Positions 48,201-60,200 of a stretch of DNA of 64,000 nucleotides are shown here, piece after piece. The DNA lies in assembly GCA_048128005.1 (NCBI GenBank), contig JBEUKZ010000096.1, positions 62,001-126,000 of the forward strand. Reading direction: 5' to 3'. The position numbers and the translations under genes were made by a program. Position 1 is the stretch's first letter; every line of letters begins with the position of its first letter. This DNA comes from Veleropilina oligotropha (lineage: Eukaryota). The notes under the pieces were generated by a model. The model saw only the letters and a list, made by a program, of their open reading frames with translations, was not told the origin of the DNA and made no database searches.

Positions 48201-51200
48201 TGACATTGCGTTGGAAGAAGCCAAGGCAGCACCCTCGCCCTTAGCAGGTAACCTGTCATGGGAGACATCTGTATGCACGTATTGTGATCGTCATCCTTGT
48301 AATGGGGGACAAAGATGCATGAACACCTATCTCTAGTTGCAATATCGACTAAGTTTAAGTGAAAATCATGATTATCTAATTATCATTATACTTTGTATAT
48401 CATTATAATTTATATATCATTATCATTTATAGCATGATCATGGTAATCAAAGGACAATGTTGAACGTCTCGTTGTCTTAAAATATTTTTTCATGTTTTAA
48501 TTAGCTTTCTCCATCACGCAAAAATGCTCAGTAATGTATACCTTTTGGTGTACATGTACTCGTTATTTTGTTACTAGCTAGCGGCTATGTCACAGAACTA
48601 CTTTCAGGAAAATGTTATACATTATGTCATAGAGGGACCTTCAAATTTCTTGAGTACAATGAAGTTAAATAAACTAGCATCTTTTGAACTTGTTTCACTA
48701 TTTCAGTCAAATAATTTATTATTTTTTTATGATTCACAATTTTTATTTTTCAGTCAAATAATTATTTAATACCTTCAGGGCTGAAAAACAAACGTTATGC
48801 ATGAAATAGGGGTCTGCATGCTTTCTTGAGCTCTTTCGCGCATGCAACATGAGGTGCTTTCTTTATATAGAATCTCTCTATACCTAATAGCATGAACTCT
48901 GTATTAACCATTTCTTGCAGGTGAAATAGACGACATTGTCGAGGAAGCGGAACACGATGGTAAGACGACTAACTACTTCTGTCGGGAGCGGGGTATCAGA
49001 TCTTTTAGTCAAACTAATATATAATTATATGCATCATGTGAAGAGAGTAAATGAAATACTCTCTTTATGCACATTTGGTTTTAACTGTGGTTGCACAAGT
49101 AGTCTGAAGTCATATGAACCATGGTAGAACATTGCTCAATTTCATCTTTCATTGTGGAAAATTGTGAACCAGCTATAACATGATGTAATATAATAATGCT
49201 GTACTTGCAGCTATTCAGAACACATTCATTTGACATTGTGGACGGAGGGAATTTGTTGGGAATGATATTTTGCACAGTTGGCAATAATATATATTGAAAT
49301 GACTTGAAAAAATATAAGACTATAGGTTATACCACTAGGTTTGATTGTCTAATCGGAGCAGTTTGCAGTTAATCGATGAAGCGCGTAGTTTAACTGACAA
49401 TATGGTTAGCTAAATCACGAGTTAAGAAACTAGAATGACCTCTCAACAATGATTTAAGTTTAATTAACAATTGCGAAGCTTATGTACACATATATTTCAA
49501 TAACTATAGTTATGAATCATTCTGTTACCACTTTAAATAATTTCAATCATGAGAAAAATCATTGGTGATGAATGGATTTGAGTTTAATCTGTTAGTTCGC
49601 GACAACATACATGTACATGTAACAATTTTTCAATCGTATTGTTATTTGAGACCCTAGTTTTATTGTCTCGCCCCGAAGGGAAAGCGAGACTTGGGGTTTA
49701 CATTTTCCGGCCGCGTCGTCGGCGTCTGCATCGTCGGCGTCGTGTCATTTTCGGTTAAAGTTTTTCATTGAATGGAATTTTCTGATACATTGATATATAT
49801 ATTTAAAGGGCGAGACATATCGGACCGTGGTTCTTGTCATTATCACCCATCTGAACATTTGAGAAGTCTGGATTTTGCGTCACTCTGTGTTCGACGTGAA
49901 CGTGTGTGTTTAACGTGTTTGATCGATACTCGATACTTAATGTTCTGTTTTAAACAACCTTCAGGTTCATACCTGGCCTGTCGATATTATAGCAGAAGAG
50001 AATTATACCAACTCTCCCCGACCAGTTGTGTGTGGACGACTGCAACTGGGCACTGAACAAAGAATGTCATTGCCCTAATCAAGGTTTGAACGCACTTCTG
50101 TTAGACAGAGCGCAGTCGGTCAAGCCAGTGAATTCAGAGTCACGCTATTATCCACTCGGCTACCGGTGGAGCATGGAACAGGTTGGACTTTAATGTATGC
50201 CCAGAAAGTGATGTGTCATTAATATGCTACAGGTGCTACCTAGTGACGAGCATGCAGATTATATATATACGTCACGGGAATATACCAATGAAATGTCTTT
50301 ATTGATCAATTAGGCTACGCTGATAAATGCGCGCAATCGACTATGACAAAGATTGACCACAGACCAGCATTGGTTAAATGTAGCATCGACCCGACCTTTG
50401 TTTCGAAAAGTCCGCTTCAAAACGCATGATATCATGTCGCGTAAATCGATTGTGGCAAGAATAGTCTCCCATGATTCTCGAGATGCGCGCGCATAATTCA
50501 ATTAGTCTATTTCCGTTTCCTGTTTTAACATCGATTTTTATGCCCGCGCCGAAGGCCGAAGGGCATATTGTTTCTGCTCCGTCCGGCGTCACGGCGTCCG
50601 GCGCCAACATTTTGGTTAAAGTTTTTCATTGAGTCTAATGGGCTGTTCAAGTGACCTTTTTGGCATATGTATGCTTTGATATTGGTTAAAGGGATGTCAC
50701 CTGATTCTCTGGCAGTGATATTTAATAAAATTTATTATAATTTATGAAAATAAAGTGGTGTTTGTGGATATAGAAACTTGGGTGAATTTTAGGTTAAAGT
50801 TTTTGGTTAAAGTTTTTCATTGAGTGGATATGGGTTATTTAAGCTACGTTTTGGCATATCTATTCTTTGTTATTGGTTATATGGATATCATCTGATACTA
50901 TGGAAATTATATTTAATGAAATTTAATATAATTAAAGGTAATATGGTAGCATTTTTGGACATAGAAATTTTGGTGAATTTTAAGTTTTTGGTTAAGTGAA
51001 TATGAGTTGTTGATTTGAGATTTTGGCATATATATGCTTTGTTATTGGTTATATGGATGTCATCATATACTCTGGCAATGATATTTAATAAAATTTAATT
51101 TAATTAATTAAAATATGGTAATCTTTTCGGACATAGAAATTTGATAAACTATGTAATAATTATATTCATGTTAGGTGAATTTCACCTATGACAGGGTTTG

Positions 51201-54200
51201 CATGTAATTCAATGTCATTAAAGATATTGAAGTGGACTTCGGATTTTTAATGTTTATTAGAACACTGCTGAAAGTGTTAAACATGGTTTTTGTATGATAA
51301 CAACGAAGCATTTATTACCGGCTAGCCCACTGTGTGTAATGAGTCGTGGGTGCCGGCTGGCTCAATGGATATATCAGATATTCTAGATTTTAAGTATAAA
51401 TAGAAGTTTATGTGGACATTATTTGCACTTATTTTAATACATATACTTATCCTATCACCTTTGATATATCACTAGCTATTTTGGCGGTGATATTGCAATT
51501 TATATGGTTATATTTAATATTATTTGGTGTCTACGCGAGGGCATTTTTGTGGCGTGCCACAACTTTATTCTAGTTAATTCATAGTATCGGTATGTTGTGG
51601 AGTTATCTGCCATTTGAATCCGTTCTTCTGTCTTTCTCGTATACTGGTTAGTGTAAGCTCGCACTGCGTGCTCGCTATTATGGACATAGCTGTTTGTCAG
51701 GACAATAAAACCTGCCATTCCAAAATTATTATTACATCTCGTGCTTTTTTTTGTGTTGTAGCACCACCGAAGGACACATCGTCACTTGCAATTATTGATA
51801 GTACGGACGTGCCAGAAAAACTTACCCACATCACGACTGACCGTCCAAAACGGCCAAAGAAACATGCTATTACTCGACCAATGGTAAACATCGGAACAAA
51901 AAACGAAGAAAACGAGCCACCTGATGCGGGCATCACCAACTTCTATACCACGCCCACCATTGCGGAAGTACCTGCCGCAGAGGAACAGAGGTAGGTTACT
52001 GTATCTTTACCTGTAGATTGCAACTTCTTTATCTCCGAAGGGATGGGCATTTTACAGCTTCTTTATCCCCCACGATGGTAGAACCACAGATGGTAGAACC
52101 ACAGAGGGATATATAGAGAGCTCTGGTAAGGCTTCTTTACTCCATCCCCATGACGGCAGAATCACAGAGGTTAGTGTATAGATTGTCTATATTAAAGTGC
52201 TGTAAATTAATAATGAATGGACATGTTGGCTCATGATGACAGAATCACAGAGGTTAGTGTATAGATTGTCTATATTAAAGTGCTGTAAATTAATAATGAA
52301 TGGACATGTTGGCTCATGATGACAGAAGCGCAGAGGGGAGTGTTAAGGCCCCAAAACTACCAAGGCAGGTGTAGGTTACAGCGTCTCTACCACACGATAT
52401 CAGAACAGCCTGTCACATATGGACAGATGAGATTCGTGGTCATAGATGGAACAGCAAGCAATTTGTTCACTCGACATTTCATAATAGGAACCACAGTATT
52501 TTGGATATTGATAATATGAACATAGACGTTCACAGCTACTATGGCATAAGTAGGCTAGGTTACCTGAAGGCAATTCAAACAAAAGCCATAGGAGATGTAT
52601 AGAAATAACAATAATCTCTGAATTTGTTTGTTTTTCAGCAAACCTCCAGAGAAAAAGGATAAAATAAAGAAGGAACCTTCAAAGAAAAATGACAAGAAAG
52701 ACAAGGGGTACTAAACTTATTTTTTTTGGAAACCAGCTGAGTGCATTGTTGTTTTATTTCCAAAGGCATAGCTTTATCTCTTTTTCTCAATTAGATAGAA
52801 AATTTATTTTTATGAATAACAGTGAGTGAGAATAACGCTCTTCGTGTTCACCCTGTTTATTACAGGATTTCTTTAGTAAAGTATTCGTCAATATTTAGGT
52901 TTATTTTGGCTGAACTGCTTGAAAAATCTTGTCGGTTGCATTTTTGAAATGTTAACGCATGTTTGGGAGGGGCATATAAGAGTCAGATTGTCTGTCAGTT
53001 GCAAATTCCCTTCCGCTCCATATCTCTTATACTATTTCACCTAGGGACACAAAACTTGATGTGTGGATGCGTCATAACCCAAAAGTAGGTCAACGTGACC
53101 TACTTTTGATGCTTGACCGCATCAGGTCCAAAATTATCTTCTCCATATCTCCCATACTATATGACCGATGATCACGAAACTTGTTGTGTGTATGCGTCAT
53201 AACCCAAAGGTGTGTCACGTACCGAAAGTAGGTCACTGCGACAGACTCTTCATGTGTCAAAGTGATTTTGTGATGACGTATCATCACTCTGTGATAACTC
53301 TAGTTACAGCTCGCTTGGTTACTCAATATAGTTGACTGCAATTCTACGCTTGTGGTCGCCATTTCACTCGCTTGATTGCTATAATTAACAGCAATGGGTT
53401 TGAATCTTCATTGTAGGTGTGGATTCATCACCCATCAGAAATGACACCAACAAGTCACCTTACTTCTTGTATACCGGAAATCCGAATACTGTTATAATTA
53501 CAGATTGAGATACTTTAGCATGGGGTATTTTGTTTAAATGTATGTATAAAATACATCTATAATAAAAAAAGACACCAAACTGGTGTCAAGAGATGGAACC
53601 AATATATTGTTCACAAGTTATAAACTCGTTCCTTAAATGTTTTTTGTTGTTTCGGCCACCTCTATATATAGTTGTCCGCATTATTTTCCCTTTCAGTGGG
53701 AAGACATCGACTTCCTTCATTCCAAACATATTCCGCAAGAAAGCAACCGGAGATTCCTCAAAATCACGGAAAAGCGATTGCGACGAGCCATCGAAACATG
53801 TATTCTTGCCAAGCCTGCCGTCACTGAACAAGAAGAAAAAAGAAAATAAGTCGACACCATGTCTGGACCAGGTTGACAGTGCGGCAATTAAAAATAACGA
53901 CTCTCAGCCAGTAACGGACGTTAAGCCAGTTCACAATGGTAGGATTTTGCATGCTCGATAACCAGCCGGGACAAAATAAAATCATATTAATATCGAATAT
54001 CGATATATATAATATAATAGATATCTTTCCTGGGAAAGATCAATTAAATATTTTCTGTGATTGAGTATAGATATCATGCATGAAGTGGTTATAGATACTT
54101 GCAATTCTTCTTGTATTTTAATAATCTAAACTGCTTTGGCTTCCTCAACGTGTAATTCAGAATGTCATTGTATAATATGCATTTGCTTGGCATTCATTGA

Positions 54201-57200
54201 TACAAGAGAGTGCATTGAATACTGTACGTGATATTTGATACTATTGAATAGTTCAGAAGCAGTAAAATGATATTACAGCATAGTATTAAGATATTTTCGA
54301 ACTGCTGACATTTAAGGTGTAAAGTAGCGCTATTCACACACATGTCACAGCTGCTATGTATGTTTAATAATGGCAGACATCAAAGACTATCTATCGGGAG
54401 CTTGTTATGAAACAGTCACTGATAATACAATCCTGATTTGTTTGTTTGATGTACAGATATACATAAAGAAGCGGAAGTTGAGACCAAAAACTCCAGTCCC
54501 AAACTCCCAGCTGGAGTCGTGAGAACCACGGCTGGGAGCAACCTTATGGCAGATCTGAGAGCCAAGCAGAACGTAGGCCCGGTGACAAACGCAAAGGTAA
54601 CAGAAGTTAAATGCATGGCATATTTATTGGGACTGCCATGACAGATGAGAATACGATAGCCAATTCACAAGTAAAGTTTGAATAATGTTACCTAACCCTA
54701 TGTTCACACTGGATTATCTTGATTACTGTTCCGAAAGAATTATGCGTCATTAAATTATATTGCCTTTTCTGTAACGCGTTCAGACCTAATACCAAAAAGC
54801 GATATTTCAGCTGGGCCTCATCTGTAGGGAATTATATCTCATAGCTATCGCTGTTCATGAGACTTGATAGATAAGCATGAGAGTTTGTGTTATCTATAGC
54901 ATTTATTAGCAATGCCATTATACGGATTTACTTGTGCAAAGTCTCATCAACAGAATCTGCATCTGGCAACCAGATGTAACTTTTGCGTTCATGACTAAAT
55001 TTATAATACCGTAACAAGCACTGTTCGAGAATACTAAACCATATCTGCATAGTCGAAAGTTGTATCGGTACGTACAGCCCATTCACATAGAGTTGAAACC
55101 GATATATTGCTTTTTGTTCCGGATTATCTTAAAAGGTTGCAGTGTAAATGGCCCATTAGTGATCTCAAAATCATGGTTAGATACAATCTCTAATATTACT
55201 GACACGATATGTAAATATTTAATCGTATTTAAGTGCACAGAAATTATTCATTATTTTTACCAGATGGAAAAGGAAACAAACAATAATGAAATGAGTGTCA
55301 AGAAAGCCGCTCCGACTTCGCCTAGCCGAAAATCTATGCCAGTTCTGAACCGACCAACACCGCTACCGCGCACTCCACCATTGAAACATGAAGCTCAGAA
55401 TGGGAGTGTTCCCGCTGTAGCGAAAACCACAGGTAAGAAACAGAAATGTGGCCTGTTCATTTCAAAGATATGGTTGAGGCATCGGCGGGTGAGTGGTTAG
55501 CGTGTCGTACTCTGATAGTTGGTCTCGAGTTCGATACCAGCGACGGTTCGTTCTACCGCTTAAAATAGTAAAATGCATAACCCTAATGTATGTCGGTCAG
55601 ATCGGAGTGATACCTTAAACCAGGTGTCCTCACTATGGAACGGCGGAAAAATTGCTACAAGTAATCGTAAAACAATGTTGCCAGCCATAGACATGCTACA
55701 AATTTTTCACTATGTAATAGATAATACACTGCCATCTCAAGCGATATCTAACATAATTATAATGTTATGGAGATATCGATGAGGGGTGTCAGTGTATTAT
55801 CTGTCATCAACGTCATGAAAATCTATTGTAAATTGCAAGCTGTAAACCCTTGAAACATGAAACTGCACACGATAATGCTCTCATGAGTTGACTCTTCCAC
55901 TGGCAACTTGTCAAATCATTTGTCACTGGCCACGTAACCCAATGTTTGGATTGTTCATTGAAACAATGGAGTAACTGACACTACGAGTCCTATTGTGCAG
56001 ATATCCTGCTCATGGTTTAACATGTATCTTGAATAAATTTTCACCTACTATTTTGACGTAGAGTAACTGGACTTAAGTATTAGATACAGATTTGTTTAAG
56101 TATCCAAATTTCGGATCATGAACTAGATTATTTATAACACGTAATTTTGGTTGCATCTTTGTCTCTTTCCAATTGTAGTATCACTGTATGGGGGTTCGAC
56201 CGGTTCTGTTGAAAGATGCATTAACAATAGCTGGCATTTCTTACCATCAACTGAAAAACGCCAACAGCGGTTTGCATAATTGTGTTAACAGACAAACAAA
56301 GATAGACGTGGGTGAAAACATAACCTCCTTGGCGAAATAAGTCACTTTTCTGTAACTAACATCCGAATACAAATTACCTCGTATGTCTTGCTTTGTAGCA
56401 ACTACTGAACCAGAGATTGAAAAACCAGAGAAGCCAATTCCTGTGAAACCGAAAGTGGCGCTTCGACCTCCGACTTCAAAACCACCGATTATAGGGAAGA
56501 AGCCACTAGCTCAACCTAGAATCAGTCGCTCACTCCAAACGCCTGAATCAGGTATGTATACGGAGGATGGGATGAAGCATTGACACGTACCATATTTCTC
56601 GGTTGAAAATTCAGACCATGAGTTTTGTCATTCAAATCCTTTTTGGAAATTATTTTAAGGATCCACAATGCATGTGTTGCAATTGTGGTATTTATTATTT
56701 ACGAAATCTGGTATGTAGTGCTCTGGCCGCTTCGACAGTCGTGTAGTTTCGGTTGTGGACTAAAAAAAGTCACTGGCTTGATTCCGCTGATGCGAACAGT
56801 AGTGGGTTCAAACCTCTGCAGGGCCATCACACATTTGTTCAAGTTATGAATCACAGTTGTCTGTAATTGGTCGAAGAGGGCGGGTTTCCCGGGGCGATGT
56901 TTTCTTTCCTTTTCCTTTATGAATGGCGCTCTAGATAATTTATTACCCAAGGTGTACGGTAAACCCGTTTTCAACTAAAAAATGCCTTCCGACGATGCAG
57001 ATATTTAGGTATTTATTCAAGTATTTAGTTCTTCACTATTTACAGACAATAAAAATTAGAATTGGTGAAATATATATTCCATGCAGTGATTTGAATTTTT
57101 TTGGAAAAACTGGGCGCATTCCGTATTTTTGCGCGCATAAATACGCCCTCTTTTTACAGCCCTGTGTTATGCTAGCTTTCACAATTACCCTTCAGGGACC

Positions 57201-60200
57201 CTGGTATTTTATAATGTGTAAAAGCATGGCTGAAAATGGACTCGCTTCACTGCCCTGATTAATTAACAAGTTTGGATTTGAATCCTTAACCGGGCACTCT
57301 GATTAATTAAGTACTGTGTTTGTTAACAACAAACGACCAGGCTTTCCTCCGGCGATAATATGGACATATGCTGATGTCGCCGTTAAATGGCCTGGAATAT
57401 AAGCATCAGACAAAAACAAATCTACCTTTCAGGAAAACTAATGCAATTTGAGTTTTGACGCAATCTGTGATGTATTTACTTTGTGCATGCGCAGCTATAA
57501 CAGTTTTTAATGGGCATATTTCAATTAAATTCTATTTTAGAAAATGAATATGATGGTAATACTTTAAAGAGTAAAAGACTGATGGGATGGCATGTAATAC
57601 CTACGGACACCAATGTGCATTATGCTAATATGTTTCAGATGGTAATGCTCCAGAGAAAGGTGATAGTGCAAAACCAAAACAGGATGCCCCAGATGCGAAA
57701 CCCGAAACGACAACTCCCAAGAGTGATGTTGCAGGTCCCAAGCTGGAAACACGTGACAGCACAGAAGTCAAACTCAAACGTGAAAGCCCAGAAGGCAAAC
57801 GTGATAGCAGTGATGGCAAACGTGATAGCAGCAACAGCAAACGTGATAGCAGTAACAGCAAACGTGATAGTGGTGATGGCAAACGTGATAGCGGTGATGG
57901 TAAACGTGATAGTGGTGATGGCAAACGTGATAGTGGTGAAATGAAAGCTCAGAGTAGTCCTGTACGAACGCAAGCACCAAAAGTCGTGAAATCTATAAAT
58001 CAGGATCAGAATAGCAATGAGAGACCAAATGCCATAGCAACGTCACCTCTGCTGCGGGGTGCGGATCCTATTAATAACGGTGAGGATTTCACCATTATAA
58101 GTTGTCGAGCGACGTCGCGGTAAACGCGGTGCATTGAATACCGCATAAAGTTGAACAACTAGGCGCAAGCCGAGTTGTTTAATGTAATAAGGTATTCAAT
58201 GCAACGTGTTTACCAAGATGTTGCTCGATAACGTATTTATCTTGCTTTCACAATGCTAAACATACTAAACAAACTCCTGATGTGGCTCATAACACTGTTG
58301 TTATTTATATTCATTATCGTGATGTATTCAATATTGCAGACGACATCTCAAGGTTTTCAAAATGAGAATATTTTGATTGACAGGCGACGTATGACATCAG
58401 CCGTGGTATAAGCTTCCATATCACATGACAAATCTGTTATGAAACGGCAGAAACATAGGAATCACATGTGTAATAACTATGCAAATGAGGGCGAGCACGA
58501 TGCCATCTAGTCGCATCTGGCATGAATTTGATTCGATGTACCATCACCCTAATTAACATATTAAATAATTCATATACGTTGACTCGTCGACTGCTGACAA
58601 AAAAAGATGTGGAACTATTGTTAATTGCCATAAGTATGTATTTTGGTGTGGCAGTTGCTGTCGAGGCATGATGCGTCTGACGCAGATCGTTTTATGACTG
58701 AGAGTAAGTACTGACAGAAATCAGTTTTAAAATGTTATAAAATAAGTTTAATCGTAAATAACGTCATGTGATAAAGAAGATCTCAAACTTGTTTCCATTT
58801 CATATGAGAATTATGAAAGTCATCAACAAATTTATGTACCTCGCCAAGGCTCAGTACATAAATTGTGCGCGACTCGTTTGAGATCCTCTATAGATGTTAC
58901 CGTCAAGCAGCCAAATAAGTCGTTTTGCCAAATGTCTGAAAATTTCAGTAATTTGGACAAACGACCGTGACCATCAGACATTGGGCCTATCGACTGAAAT
59001 TCCAAGTCATTTGGTGAAATGACTTAAACTGACTGGTCATGATTTGACTAGATGCCTGCATCTATTTTCAGGCATTTAGTCAAATCTACGACCTTCAGCC
59101 ATCTTGACAATTGATTTTCTGTACCAATTTCAGGCAACTTATCATAATCTTCTTTAATTTGGGCTCAGCATAGTAACTTGAGCTAGCTGACATAATCTCT
59201 ATATCGCTCCCGTGTTGCAGTAACACTTGACCAGGACATCCCGAATATATTACTTTAACTAATTTCCAAATTGTAATAATGATTTCTTGGAAATGTGTAA
59301 TAAATCTAATGCTTAAATGCTTATATCGTGTTCAAAATAAATTAGACACTCACACTAAAGGGAGATAATTCGAGGAATGATATACGGTCAATTTAATCAA
59401 ATGTTCGGGGGAAGTTATATACAAAGTGCAAAACCCACAGGGGCACTTACAGTTTAAGGATCCCTAGGTATACGGTAAGCTAACCCTGCTTGGTTACAAA
59501 TACACTGACCCTAATGCCCATGGAATATATACCTAACGCTATTGCCCATATTGCCTGACAACGTCTGTAAATCGTGTCCAAAATAAGTTGTGGTCATGAG
59601 AATACACACATGACGATTAATACCCCAGGGACACTTAAATTGCAAACTATGGACCCGGCGTTCAAGTCAGTTCTCCCTCCAGTCGAACTGCTGACCTACG
59701 CGACTGCGTGGTGCCCGCTTCGGTCCCTTGTTGCTTATCTCCCGCCATTCGCTCTGCTACGTGCTCTCCCAGCTATTTGATTGGATTGGTTTTGGGAGTT
59801 CTTCCGACGACGACGATTATTGCACAATGATATTGTTGCGAATCTAAAAGTTAATCTACATGTGCTAAAATTTAATCTCAAAGTAATAAAAGCACTGATT
59901 GTTAATTATATTGTGTAGTTTAATATTTTAGTCATTTAGCTAATACCTAGAGTAACAATTCAGTTTATCATCTATCGTTTTCAGTCGGTTGTTCAAATGA
60001 CTAAGCTTCAGCTATTTGGCAAAATGACTGTTTGACAGACTTAGAATTTTCAGTCATTTGGCTAAATGACTAGAAATTTCAGGCAATTGGTCAAACGTCT
60101 GGTGGTCACGGCAGTTTGTCCAAATGACTGAACACTTCAGGCATTTGGCAAAATGACTTGTCTGGCTGATTGATGGTAACATATATACCATGCTTGGCCG

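Noticed and set aside
48776..57163. CAGGGCTG...CAGCCCTG as TIRs of one large element
   Set aside because: It spans several CARMIL exons and has no matching TSD; probably ends of unrelated elements.
57510..57980. ORFs with ANVIAVM, ITFAIT, LSRLP or HHYHV repeats
   Set aside because: Alternative frames of the 21-nt repeat; only the KRDS frame fits the splice phases.
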